Origin: an uncultured candidatus Porisulfidus sp.
Lineage (GTDB): Bacteria; Pseudomonadota; Gammaproteobacteria; Poriferisulfidales; Oxydemutatoraceae
Assembly (NCBI GenBank): GCA_965215765.1
Contig: OZ244118.1
Coordinates: 2,484,598-2,548,597, forward strand
Reading direction: 5' to 3'
DNA length: 64,000 nt
Shown: positions 50,801-60,400 of the stretch, piece after piece
Layout of the letters: each line of letters starts with the position of its first letter
Numbering within the stretch: the first letter of the stretch is position 1
Notes under the pieces: model-generated
Told to the model about the DNA's origin: nothing
Seen by the model: the letters and a program-made list of their open reading frames with translations, nothing else
The model's database searches: none
Program-made: the position numbers and the translations under genes

Positions 50801-52558
50801 CACTTCGTCTGCTGCGTTGACCTTCAAATTGGAAATCTGATAACCGTTGCCATCATAAGTGCCAGAAAAATCCTTGATCGGTGTAAAACCGTTTTTCCAG
50901 CCATGCGTCATCGTCGATGCGTCTATATCTTTGATCTGGATGTAGTGCGACTGGGGCGATGTTTCCATGTCGCGCAAATGGCACAGGTTTTCTACCTGGT
51001 AGGGATCACTTTCAGTTCCGGAACCTGCCATGGCTTGCGAACCTGTAGTACACGCGAGCTCGGGATCCATATAGGGGAATTGGCTGTTGTTGTAATAGGT
51101 GTCTCCGTAATTGAGAATGTTGAAGGCTCTTTTGTCCGTGTAAATCGCGCCCATTCCATAAGCGTAGTTACTACAACTGAAGTTTGAGTTCCAGCCTATG
51201 GCCCCTACAAGGTGTTGATAATGAACCCCCACTATCAACCCGGTTTCTCTATAAAATGCGGGTGAGCCGGACGCTCCATGCGTAGGAGAAATGTCCTTAT
51301 AAATTAAAGCCATATTCCCGCAAACCGCCCCTTCACAGAAAGGTGAGCTGAGTCCGACTTGGGACCACGCTCTTTCATACTCATTCCACTGCTGGGGCCT
51401 GGAGCCGGTGTGGTGTACGGAATAACCATAGAAACTATCGGGAGTGCGGGTCGTCCACTCCAGCAATTTATAATCTCCGTGCCCGGTAAACGTCCCTTCA
51501 AGACGCACAATCGCCCAATCTTCAGCCTCATTTCCTGCCACATATCTCACACCATGGGCGATTGAATTACCAGGAATACTGACGTAAAAAAATAAAAATG
51601 GTTTGTCCACAGCGTCAACGTCCACTTCATCGAAAAGGTGAAATACTGTCAGAATGTAGGCTCCATCACCCGACTTGTTCTTTATAAAACTTCCAGTCCC
51701 GCAGGTAAATATACCCCACCCCGTGTGCCGGCACATTTCTACGACACCTTTGGACACATCCCGCACGTAAGCCGGGCTGTCGCTGCCTACATAGACGTTG
51801 TTAAAACTAAACCAGGAGGTGCTTGCGCGCTCGCAACTGCCGGCTTGTCTCCGAGGCACCAGGTTCCTGATTTCCTCTCCGTATAAAACTCCGTTGTTAT
51901 CCTTGAATGTGTGGCTCACTTTTTCGACCGAAAAAGGAAAATTTTCTGGCTCCAGGTGGTAACTGTCCGGAACCCAAAACTCTATGACAACGGTGTCACC
52001 AGACGTCGGGAACGCCACAAAACCGTCATCATCACGTGACAAGCCGCGTCCCGTGTACTCTACGACCTCTTGATTGCTGTCTCCGGCGAGGGCATAGACA
52101 TTCACCGACATGCCTGGGTCAAGGGGAAAACCAGAGAAACCCAACCACAACCGTACGGCAGACGGAGAGCGAATCTGCGCCTGCCAGACATCAAGGCCGT
52201 CTTCCTGTTTGACCAGTGCCCAGTTGGAACGCCTTAACCGGACGTCCCGGGCAAAGCTGGTGTAGTTGATCGTTGTCGCACGAAGCAGTTCACGAACACG
52301 CTCCTGTTCCTGCGTACTGAAAGATCCCAAGTTCAGTTGCTGTGCGCGGGCAGGATACAGAGTTCGAGTGGCTTCCCGGGCATTCCTCCCCTCCGAAAAG
52401 GGATGGGACGCGAAGCCTTGTTCTGCCAGAGATTCCTGATCCTGGCCGAAAACGAGTGAGCTTGACGTGATGATGGATACACCCACGAGCAGCCACTTCC
52501 GCCAACCATGACTGCCGGAAATCTGCGTATCCGAAAATCTGAAATCTGCTTCTTTCAT
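41843..52558 (-). CDS. Paralog E: giant secreted S1-protease/GLUG/FN3 protein, 3571 aa
   Basis: Uninterrupted ORF. It is the longest copy, with three tandem block-2 units of the STVSGLIxGRANVGGVAGENHGLIxLS type. Confidence 0.9.
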   Translation of the reverse strand: MKEADFRFSDTQISGSHGWRKWLLVGVSIITSSSLVFGQDQESLAEQGFASHPFSEGRNAREATRTLYPARAQQLNLGSFSTQEQERVRELLRATTINYTSFARDVRLRRSNWALVKQEDGLDVWQAQIRSPSAVRLWLGFSGFPLDPGMSVNVYALAGDSNQEVVEYTGRGLSRDDDGFVAFPTSGDTVVIEFWVPDSYHLEPENFPFSVEKVSHTFKDNNGVLYGEEIRNLVPRRQAGSCERASTSWFSFNNVYVGSDSPAYVRDVSKGVVEMCRHTGWGIFTCGTGSFIKNKSGDGAYILTVFHLFDEVDVDAVDKPFLFFYVSIPGNSIAHGVRYVAGNEAEDWAIVRLEGTFTGHGDYKLLEWTTRTPDSFYGYSVHHTGSRPQQWNEYERAWSQVGLSSPFCEGAVCGNMALIYKDISPTHGASGSPAFYRETGLIVGVHYQHLVGAIGWNSNFSCSNYAYGMGAIYTDKRAFNILNYGDTYYNNSQFPYMDPELACTTGSQAMAGSGTESDPYQVENLCHLRDMETSPQSHYIQIKDIDASTMTHGWKNGFTPIKDFSGTYDGNGYQISNLKVNAADEVLENIGLFGKLQGGLLKRVKLVDFLTEGGVNVGSLVGLNNRGTIEDSEVDGKVDGGRTIGGLVGLNQSGVIRNSTSTVRVGKNSRDRWVAGGLVGQNDGGTIAGSHASGAVTGGNQVGGLVGKNMGSVTSSHANGDVTGTGSIWGYAYVGGLVGWHLGGTISGSHTENKVVGAAPGIGGLVGVSESNAKIVNSYTELGSNAIGKNKVGGLVGENKGSISDSYTKGTVSGDSQIGGLVGENKGSISDSYAQGSVSGDSQIGGLVGVGEGNARIVTSRAFGKVRGKNQVGGLVGENKGSISDSYAQGTVSGINQAGGLVGRHLGGTISDSYTQGAVTGDSQTGGLVGVNESNARIVNSHTRQEVHVRGKDQVGGLVGENKGSISDSYTQGTVTGDSQTGGLVGVNESNARIVNSHTRQEVRVSGKDQVGGLVGENKGSISNSYARGPVTGDSQTGGLVGLHLGGTISDSYALNQVVGTAPGVGGLVGVSESNAKIVSSHVSRGSRVSGKNQVGGLVGDNKGSIGNCYAQGTVTGGSQTGGLVGENSGTVRSAYSTGAVEGTDLPGRLVGVNSGTIARSYASKLGDVDSLVGGNDGTVQGSALRTVEQMKCPMDPVNLCRAARVYLGWDPRIWHFGHSRMLPVLRVLTNVPAAPLAVRANWNSRGGLTLQWEHRGAAVSSFEVEVGGIIRDTEGTRFALDDTLMAKLRERYANGSEIHYSIRGVKGGIAGDATSGSFHLMKIPGAVVTQVASGLSTIRVTIVGATDDGYGRTPGSNAYGKPAGGVALDLVYHVQLFSKGLLKEDRHKTQQEWSSSAVVEFSGLEGGSRYEVRVFARNKVGASPTEAAPVFTYVGACPWEAVITAAGSGSEDDPWQVGTLCQLQEIRYDTAAHYRLANDIDAKQSHEWRDGKGFAPIEPFSGSLDGSGHSILSLLINPGQTDYVGLFGRLNGGALQSLVLVNVTVQGRDATGALAGSVAANGSIKGSTVTGLIDGRDRVGGVAGENHGLIKLSTVSGLIGGRANVGGVAGENHGLIELSTVSGLIDGRANVGGVAGENHGLIKLSHSESTVVGTIDSQGHGNTIGGLVGRNFLGARIRSSHARGSVSGADNVGGLVGDSDASIYHSHAQSTVSGHQYVGGLVGNNYGFISGSYSAGAVSGTENVGGLVGQHNSNSIVDSHSDSTVIGAGNRVGGLAGMSSGSILRSHATGAVSGNERVGGLVGHNESWLRESYATGSVSGKAQIGGLAGNSESSTSYNVRIEDSYATGLVSGNNQEGTLVGHSEGTDMVANYALEPGADSSTLELVGSRGDDTTENNFSRTLAQLQCPLLPGDTCQGAVSYSGWDTQVWYFGDGQTLPVHRALRPLPPSSPSRLQVKWNLEGELELNWTAARTGSLNAGYWVEVAGHSMETGSASFTLGRHLLQSLRSEYRGSTLQVSVRGYNRHGMSEATTVAIELLRTPGKLAVVRASAQAFSLRVSLMAPADDGYGQSPEDPAYGYAGVGVPAGLGYRVRLYTGEELMQEQELAHTDGETSVAVEFSGLASDSRYEVVATPYNRAGEGPSFFLSAFTRPWQCDGEAVALAGGSGSEGDPWQIATLCQLQDIRSAPAAHYRLAGDIEAGPSRNWRAGEGFAPIADFSGSLDGAGYQIFHLWVRSDALEDVGMFAQLRGGLLQQVVLVNAQLWGSVNVGALAGRNEGGRIMNSGVTASLFGGQVAGGLVGINAGTISGSAAQLTTEPGAQVAGGLVGKNLVTGSIDTSYAGGSVSGAVRAGGLVADNRGSVTDSYTTAFVTGKGLVAGLVANNQGTVSRSYAAGSVSGAGRSGSFAGSSPGGITDSYAAALPRANGGNGGSVPFVADGTGQGSDFLRTLQQLRCPTTPGLACAGRSTYSGWSAEIWSFGDYRTLPVLRGFETPGKPLRLLAQWKSPSSLLLRWEPPLHTRELIAYRIEAPSIAAEETASLYYVGGSDWLQKLRARHEGGNTLFLTVRGYNLYGVGEAARVSVRLLDVPGSLTGVRVVPGVSTLRLSFTAPANDGYGRRPVDADYAASAEAMALHLAYRIRLYATGELVEERDIPLGNPLSPVTMEFTELKSVFAYRLEAFAHNTVGTGSPSTIRVVTSFPGCARKGLKSASGDGSGDNPWQIATLCQLQDVRSDLYAHYVQVADIDASPSRGWSGGAGFHPIEPFSGTFDGAGREISDLYINRPETNTIGLFSRLAEDGIAKGVVLVDAWVRGKNSVGALVGFNDGTVMNSVVRSAQVSGNRAGVNIGGLAGGNGGLLVDSGASAEVDGGRYVGGLVGYVKAKGRVVGSTVRASQVRAIESAGGLAGLALGAAILYSSADAAVRVLGEGRGNAGGLVGYSLGSTILHCYATGSAIAVDGSRVGGLVGYSGSTIAYSYADVSVSGADRVGGLAGINAGSVHASYALGEVRGRSITGGLVGSNIRRIQDSYAVNRVVGESGSTGSLAGYSAPDAMIDRSYAPVSAQASLVGNGLTGSSSPRTLTQLRCPTAVGQRCADATTYAGWEPGAWHFGNTRTLPLLRALADIPATPVDLAVSWESPDHLRFTWAAGSSAVDSYELELAGTIREVTAPTFDFDGDFLAGFRKNKQEACPHPYRLRAVHGDVAGYTAAGHFYLPGLPGATTITELVPGQTTARLVLTTMGYGDCASLADNALATSPDRAMLSGFGYVVIVSAAGRSTETFFSAGAFDAEIEITDLLPKRSYSLQVYARNRAGAGVPAQASENRDAFSTIAVPGRPSGLRARWESTNRVNLSWEAASSNGATIDSYQLFVDGKSYPVAGTATSYVLSGHALVQLRKKHAGGEQIRYLLRAINRAGTGATSTATFTLLNVLEGTLAMQLMHKANGRVQVHLQYSGNDGYGRTADHADFGAPVDGILLGLGYRVQLLSYGELIEEQSVAMPTPGGAVRTEFTGLQGGVAYEVRVFPRDGVAELPGVSQFINWDPEIPTTPRPGPHHVKKLRLRAFLGGMVR
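49100..50100 (-). repeat. Intragenic GLUG-motif repeat block 1 of paralog E
   Basis: Periodic coding repeats. Bounds are approximate. Confidence 0.45.
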
Positions 52559-52691
52559 TGTGAATGCTTAGGAGCCATGCGGGCGGAGAAAAGAGAGCAT
52601 AGCCCGCCTGCGGCATAAAACTCTTGGCACAATATTCACCTTCTGTTCTCCTGGCTGACGCACTGAGCGATCTTCTGGCTCTGACCTTCAC

Positions 52692-52934
52692 TCACTCTCT
52701 GATGTCCCAGCACGGCTGTGCGCGGGCAGGATACAGAGTTCGAGTGGCTTCCCGGGCATTCCTCCCCTCCGAAAAGGGATGGGACGCATAGCCTTGTTCT
52801 GCCAGAGATTCCTGATCCTGACCGAAAACGAGTGAGCTTGACGTGATGATGGATACACCCACGAGCAGCCACTTCCGCCAACCATGACTGCCGGAAATCT
52901 GCGCATCCGGAAATCTGAAATCTGCTTTTTTCAT
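52692..52934 (-). CDS. Upstream mini-ORF (80 aa)
   Basis: MKKADFRFPDAQISGSHGWRKWLLVGVSIITSSSLVFGQDQ... Confidence 0.35.
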   Translation of the reverse strand: MKKADFRFPDAQISGSHGWRKWLLVGVSIITSSSLVFGQDQESLAEQGYASHPFSEGRNAREATRTLYPARAQPCWDIRE

Positions 52935-53068
52935 TGTGAATGCTTAGGAGCCATGCGGGCGGAGAAAAGAGAGCCTGACCACCCTGAGACATAAAATTCC
53001 CTGCACCACATTCGCTATCTGTTCTCCATGGCTGACGCACTGAGCGATCCTCTGGCTCTGACCTTCAC

Positions 53069-53311
53069 TCACTCTCTGATGTCCCAGTACGGCTGCGCGC
53101 GGGCAGGATACAGAGTTCGAGTGGCTTCCCGGGCATTCCTCCCCTCCGAAAAAGGATGGGACGCAAAGCCTTGTTCCGCCAGAGATTCCTGATCCTGGCC
53201 GAACAAGGGTGAGCTTGACGTAATGATGGATACACCCACGAGCAGCCACTTTAGCCAGGCATGGCTGCCGGAAATCTGCGCATCCGGAAATCTGAAATTT
53301 GCTTTTTTCAT
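53069..53311 (-). CDS. Upstream mini-ORF (80 aa)
   Basis: MKKANFRFPDAQISGSHAWLKWLLVGVSIITSSSPLFGQDQ... Confidence 0.35.
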   Translation of the reverse strand: MKKANFRFPDAQISGSHAWLKWLLVGVSIITSSSPLFGQDQESLAEQGFASHPFSEGRNAREATRTLYPARAQPYWDIRE

Positions 53312-53445
53312 TGTGAATGCTTAGGAGCCATGCGGACGGAGAAAAGAGAGCCTGACCACCCTGAAACATAAAATTCCCTGCGCCACATTCGCTATCTGTT
53401 CTCCATGGCTGACGCACTGAGCGATCCTCTGGCTCTGACCTTCAC

Positions 53446-53691
53446 TCACTCTCTGATGTCCCAGCACGGCTGTGCGCGGGCAAGATACTGAGTTCGAGTG
53501 GCTTCCCGTGCATTCCTCCCCTCCGAAAAGGGATGGGACGCGAAGCCTTGTTCTGCCAGAGATTCCTGATCCTGGCCGAAAACGAATGAACTCGACGTGA
53601 TGATGGATACACCCACCACGAGCAAGTACTTCAGCCAGACACGGCTGCCGGAAATCTGCGCATCCGGAAATCTGAAATCTGCTTTTTTCAT
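53446..53691 (-). CDS. Upstream mini-ORF (81 aa)
   Basis: MKKADFRFPDAQISGSRVWLKYLLVVGVSIITSSSFVFGQDQ... Confidence 0.35.
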   Translation of the reverse strand: MKKADFRFPDAQISGSRVWLKYLLVVGVSIITSSSFVFGQDQESLAEQGFASHPFSEGRNAREATRTQYLARAQPCWDIRE

Positions 53692-53882
53692 TGTGAATGC
53701 TTAGGAGCCATGCGGGCGGAGAAAAGAGAGCCTGACCACCCTGAGACATAAAATTCCCTGCACCACATTCGCTATCTGTTCTCCATGGCTGACGCGCTGA
53801 GCAATCCCCTGACTCTGACCTTCACTCACTCTCTGATGTCCCAGCACGGCTGTACGTGCCTGGAAATCACTTAGTGGGGTCA

Positions 53883-53911
53883 ATTATATAAAATAGCACC
53901 CAATCCGGCAA
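53883..53911 (-). promoter_or_regulatory. Sigma70-like promoter TTGCCG-N17-TATAAT for paralog E
   Basis: attata at 53883-53888 and cggcaa at 53906-53911. The spacer is 17 nt. Confidence 0.45.
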
Positions 53912-54234
53912 ATTATTATGAGAAGATACCGACTTCATCCGACCGCGAAACCCCGAAACCAGCACAGTGGCGTGCAGTCTTATTTGTTGGCTTTTTGGTC
54001 TCCAGGGGGGTGAATCAGTGACAATAGTCGGCACTGAGACTTCTTGTTTTTAACCGCGAAAGGCGGTTTCATTTATTTTTAACTGGGAAAAACATGAAAG
54101 TTGGTATTTGCAATTCGTATGATTTCAGTTTTGGGGCAGCTTCCAAAGTTCACCAAAAGCCCCAATTCAACAGTTGTGCTTCATGCTCATCAACAATGTT
54201 TGTCATGGCAGATAAGGTCAGGCTTATGGACTTG

Positions 54235-54410
54235 CTTTAAAGGTTCACCCTCTGTGCCTTGAAAGGAAGCCCCTTACGGAAAACTCCTTCTCCAGACACT
54301 TCTGATGCACTGCCTCAAGTAAGCCACACCTCATTTCCCTGAATCGCATGGCATTCATCAGGAAATAAAACTTCTCGTGCTTTTCACGGTTGTTAAATTC
54401 GTGTATGCCC
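54235..54410. repeat. Single copy of the ~186-bp 3' unit downstream of the paralog F stop
   Basis: Homologous to the units at 4520..5222. Confidence 0.6.
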
Positions 54411-57400
54411 TCAGCGAATCATACCGCCCAAGAACACCCTCAGTCGCAATTTCTTGACGTGATGCGGACCTGGCCTCGGCGTTGTCGGGATTTCGGGATC
54501 CCAGTTGATAAATTGACTCACTCCTGGCAGCTCAGCCACGCTGTCCCGGGGGAATGCCCGGACTTCGTACGCGACACCACCCTGTAGCCCCGTAAATTCC
54601 GTCCTGACGGCTCCCCCGGGCGTCGGCATCGCAACAGACTGTTCCTCTATCAGTTCCCCGTATGAAATCAGTTGTACCCGATACCCCAAGCCGAGCAATA
54701 TTCCGTCAACCGGGGCTCCGAAATCAGCATGATCCGCAGTGCGTCCGTAGCCATCATTTCCCGAATATTGCAAGTGTACCTGCACACGACCATTCGCCTT
54801 GTGCATCAGCTGCATGGCCAATGTCCCCTCAAGAACGTCGAGCAAGGTAAATGCTGCAGTGCTCATCGCGCCCGTTCCGGCGCGGTTGACTGCCCGGAGC
54901 GAATAGCGTATCTGCTCTCCTCCTGTGTGCTTCTTGCGCAGCTGCACCAAGACATGGCCTGACAACACATAAGAAGTGCCGGTTCCCACGACGGGGTGGC
55001 TTTTCCCGTCTACGGAAAGCTGGTAGCTGTCTATCGTCGCCCCGTTGCTGCTCGCCGCTTCCCAACTCAGGTTCACCCGATCTGCGGACTTCCACCTGGC
55101 TCGCAAGCCTGAAGGCCTGCCAGGCACCGCTATGGTGCTGAACGCGCTCCTGTTTTCGGATGCCTGGGCGGGCTCCCCTGCGCCCGCCCGGTTGCGCGCA
55201 TAGACCTGTAGCGAATAGCTTCTCTTCGGCAGCAAGTCGGTGATCTCAATCTCGGTGTCAAAAGCACCTGCCGAGAAAAAGGTCTCGGTGCTGCGTCCTG
55301 CAGCACTCACAACCACCACGTAGCCAAAACCGGAGGCTGCAACGCGATCAGAGGAAGACGCAAGCGCATCACCCGCCAGGGGAGCACAATCGTCACGTCC
55401 CATGATTGCCAATACCAGGCGCGCAGTGGTTTGGCCGGGCACCAGATCCGTTATCGTCGTCGCGCCCGGAAGACCGGGCAAATAGAAGTGACCGGCTGCC
55501 GGATAACCAGCGATATCTCCGCGCACAGCGCGAAGACGGTACGGGTGGGGGCAAGCCCCCTGTCTGTTTTTCCGAAACTCAGCCAGAAAATCTCCGTTGA
55601 AGTCAAAAGTCGGTGCTGTGACTTCCCGTATTGTTCCTGCCAGCTCAAGTTCGTACGAATCAACCGCTGGACTTCCCGCCGCCCAAGTAAAGCGCAGATG
55701 ATCCGGAGATTCCCAGCTCACCGCCAAATCAACCGGTGCGGCGGGAATGTCGGCAAGCGCGCGCAACAAGGGCAACGTGCGGGTATTGCCAAAATGCCAG
55801 GCTCCCGGTTCCCAGCCGGCATAAGTCGTGGCACCTGCGCATCTCTGCCCCGCCGCAGTCGGGCAACGCAACTGGGCCAAAGTTCGAGGTAAAGAGCCAT
55901 CCGTTGAGCCATTGCCCACCAAAGCTGCCTGTGCAGACACGGGTGCGTAACTGCGATCAATCACCGCATCCGGAGCAGAATAACCCGCCAGACTCCCGGT
56001 GCTGCCCGATTCTCCGTCAACCGAGTTCACCGCATAGCTGTCCTGTATGCGGCGGATATTGCTTCCGACCAGTCCCCCGATGGAGAAATGACCCCGTACC
56101 TCACCGAGTGCATAGCTCGCATGGACAGAACCGGCGTTGAAGCCCACCAGTCCGCCCACACGATCAGCTCCGTTGACCGACACGTCAGCATAGCTGTAGG
56201 CAATGGTGCTTCCGCTGTAGCCGACCAGCCCGCCGACGCGCGAGCCGTCCACAGCGATGGCCGAACCTGTCGCGTAACAGTGCAAAATCGTGCTTCCCAG
56301 ACTGTAGCCAACCAGACCACCAGCATTGTCCCGCGCTTCACCCGAGACGCGCACCGCCGCATCGGCACTGCTGTGCAAAATAGCGGCTCCCAGAGCCAGA
56401 CCGGCCAGACCACCGGCAGACTCAAGCGCGCGTACTTGCGAAGCCCTCACCGTGCTGCCCACGACCCGACCTTTTGCTTTCACATAACCGACCAGACCAC
56501 CGACGTATCTGCCCCCGTCAACCTCGGCACTGGCACCACTGTCAACCAGTAATCCTCCGTTGCCACCCGCCAGCCCGCCAATGTTGGCTCCGGCTCTGCC
56601 GCCGGAAATCTGTGCGGACCTCACGACGCTGTTCATGACGGTTCCGTAGTTAAAGCCAACCAAGGCTCCGACGCTGTTCCCCCCTTTTACCCACGCATCA
56701 ACGAGCACCACCCCTTTGACGACCCCGTCTTCTGCAAGCTTGGAAAACAGGCCAATCGTGTCCGTTTCCGGGCGGTTAATGTGCAGAGCAGAGATTTGCC
56801 GCCCTGCCCCGTCGAAAGTGCCTGAAAAAGGCTCTATCGGATGAAAGCCGGTGCCGTCTGACCACCCCCGACTAGGGCTGGCGTCTATGTTTGCCACCTG
56901 CACATAGTGAGCGTGCAGATCAGAGCGCATATCCTGCAGTTGGCACAGCGTGGCAATTTGCCACGGGTTGTCGCCGCTGCCGTCACCCGATGCACTTTTC
57001 AGACCTTTGCCGGCGCATCCCGGAAAGCTGGTCACCGCCCGGATCGTTGACGGTGATCCGGTGCCCACCGTGTTATGGGCGAAGGCTTCCAGGCGATATG
57101 CAAAGACACTTTTAAGCTCCGTAAATTCCATCGTGACTGGGCTCAGAGGATTCCCCAGCGGAATGCCGCGTTCTTCAACCAGCTCCCCGGACGCATACAG
57201 GCGTATCCGGTAAGCCAGGCGCAAAGCCATGGCTTCCGCTGACGCTGCGTAATCAGCGTCAACCGGTTTGCGTCCATAGCCATCATTGGCAGGGGCTGTA
57301 AAGCTGAGTCTCAGCGTGGAGACCCCCGGCACCACGCGCACATCAGTCAGAGAATCAGGAACGTCCAGCAGGCGCACGGAAACACGGGCAGCTTCGCCAA

Positions 57401-60400
57401 CACCATAAAGGTTGTAGCCACGAACCATTAAAAAGAGCGTACTTCCGCCTTCATGACTGGCGCGCAGCTTCTGCAACCAGTCTGATCCTCCGACGTAGTA
57501 CAACGATGCGGTTTCCTCAGCAGCGATCGATGGAGCCTCAATCCGGTAAGCGATCAGTTCTCTGGTGTGAAGCGGGGGCTCCCAACGCAGCAACAAGGAA
57601 GACGGAGATTTCCACTGTGCCAGCAGGCGCAAGGGTTTGCCAGGAGTCTCAAAGCCTCGCAGAACCGGCAGCGTCCTGTAATCGCCAAAGGACCAGATCT
57701 CGGCACTCCAGCCTGAGTATGTTGACCTTCCCGCACATGCCAGGCCAGGGGCGGTGGGGCAACGCAGTTGCTGCAGCGTCCGCAAGGAGCCTGATCCCTG
57801 CCCGGTGTCATTTGCCACAAAAGGCATACCGCCACCATTGGCGCCATTGCCGCGAGGCAACGCTGCCGCGTAGCTGTCGGTGATGCCTCCCGGACTGCTG
57901 CCGGCAAAACTTCCAGACCGTCCTGCTCCGGACACCGACCCTGCCGCATAGCTGCGACTGACGGTGCCCTGATTGTCCGCCACAAGACCCGCGACCAGAC
58001 CTTCCCCGGTCACAAAAGCTGTTGTGTAACTGTCAGTCACCGAGCCCTGGTTGTCTGCGACCAGACCACCCGCCCGAACTGCTCCTGACACCGAGCCTCC
58101 GGCGTAGCTTGTATCAATACTCCCGGTTACCAGATTTCTTCCGACCAGGCCTCCTGCAACCTGACCTCCCGGCTCTGTCGTCAGCTGTGCCGCGCTGCCG
58201 CTGATCATGCCTGCGTTGACGCCAACAAGTCCTCCCGCCACTTGCCCGCCAAAAAGTGAGCCCGTCACCCCGCTGTTCACGATCCTTCCTCCCTCATTCC
58301 TGCCCACCAGAGCACCCACGTTGGCACTTCCCCAAAGCTGCGCGTTCACCAGCACGACCTGCTGCAATAACCCGCCCCGAAGCTGCGCAAACATGCCGAC
58401 ATCTTCCAGCGCCTCAGAGCGCACCCTTAAATGGAAAATCTGATGACCGGCACCGTCAAGGGAACCGGAAAAATCAGCGATCGGCGCAAAACCTTCTCCG
58501 GCTCGCCAGTCCCGGGATGGACCTGCCTCAATATCGCTTGCCAGCCGGTAGTGGGCTACAGGTGCAGAGCGAATGTCCTGCAATTGGCACAGCGTGGCAA
58601 TCTGCCAGGGATCGTCCTCGCTGCCCGAGCCGCCTGCCGACGCCAGGGTTTCCCCGTCGCACTGCCAAGGAAGGGTAAATGCCGGCAGGAAAAATGGCGG
58701 TCCTTCTCCAGCCCTGTTATAGGGCGTCGCCACCACTTCATAGCGGCTATCGCTTGCCAGACCCGAAAACTCCACAGCCACGGATGTTTCGCCGTCTGTG
58801 TGCGCAAGCTCCTGTTCCTGCATCAGTTCTCCCCCGGTGTACAGCCGTACCCGGTAACCCAGACCTGCGGAAACCCCGACACTCGTATAACCGTAAGCCG
58901 GGTCTTCCGGTGATTGGCCGTAGCCGTCGTCAGCAGGAGCCATAAGCGACACACGCAGTGAAAACGCTTGCGCCGATGCCCAAACGACTGCCAATTTGCC
59001 AGGGGCTCTCAGCAGCTTGATCGCAACCGTTGTCGCTTCGCTCATGCCGTGACGGTTATATCCACGTACGCTGACTTGCAAGGTACTGCCCCTATATTCA
59101 GAACGGAGGCTTTGCACCAGGCGCCTGCCGAAGGTAAAAGATGCGGACTCCGTTTCCAGGGAACGCCCTGCCACCTCCAGCCAATAGCCGGCGTTCAGGC
59201 TTTCTGTTCTCGCGGCTGTCCAGTTCAGTTCCAGTTCACCTTCCTGGTTCCATCTTGCCTGCAGGCGTGAAGGGGGAGCAGGTGGCACTGCTCGCAGGGC
59301 GCGATGAAGCGGAAGCGTCTGCCTGTCCCCGAAATACCAGTCCTGTGTGCTCCAGTCGGAGTAGCTGACTGCTCCCTGGCATGTATCTCCCGGCAAAAGA
59401 GGGCACTGTAATTGCGCCAGCGTGCGGGAAAAATTGTTTTCTGTGGTGTCATCTCCCCTGCTGCCCACGAGTTCCAGCGCGCTGCTGCCGGCACTCGGCT
59501 CCAGGGCGTAATTCGCAACCATATCGGTATCTTCGGAATGCCCCACCAGCATGCCCGCCTGATTGTTTCCGCTAACCAGACCAGTCGCATAACTGTCCTT
59601 AATCCTGATGCTATAGCTCGTGTTGCTTTCACTGTTCCCCGCCAGGCCGCCCACCCGCTCATTTCCGCTGACCGATCCGGTTGCGTAGCTTCCCCCGAGC
59701 CAGGATCTATTGTGTCCCACCAGGCCGCCCACCCGCTCATTTCCGCTGACCACTCCGGTCGCATGGCTTCCGTAGATTGACCCAAAGCTGAGGCCCACCA
59801 GCCCGCCCACACCATTCCCCGCGCCGATAACCGTGCTGTCCGAGTAGCTGTAAATTATGGAATTGTAATCACCGTGCTGACCCACCAGTCCACCCACATT
59901 TCCCGTTCCGCTGACCACTCCCGCTGAATAAGAGCCGAATATAAAGCCAACGTTATAACCCGCCAGCCCGCCCACAGAATGATGCCCGCTCACCGTTGAC
60001 TGCGCTTGGCTGTGGTAGATAGGAGCTTGATTGAGCCCTACCAGTCCACCAACATTGTCTGCTCCGCTCACACTTCCTCTCGCGTGCGAACTGCGTATCC
60101 TCGCGCCCCAGAAGTTTTTGCCCACAAGTCCGCCTATTGTGTTGCCGTGCCCCTGGAAATCAACCGTTCCGGCAACGGTAGACTCCGAATGGCTGAGCTT
60201 GATCAAGCCATGGTTCTCACCTGCCACTCCGCCCACATTTGTCCGTCCGCCTATCAACCCCGTCACAGTGCTGAGCTTGATGCTTCCATTTGTCGCAATG
60301 CTTCCTGCCAGGGCTCCTGTCGCATCTCTGCCCCGCACCGTGACATTCACCAGCGCCAGCCTTTGCAGGGCACCACCGCTGAGCCTCCCGAACAGCCCGA

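Larger units (their letters stand above)
52559..53691 (-). repeat. Three extra tandem copies of the 5' module upstream of paralog E
   Basis: Module starts lie at 52934, 53311 and 53691. Units are 376-380 bp. Confidence 0.85.
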
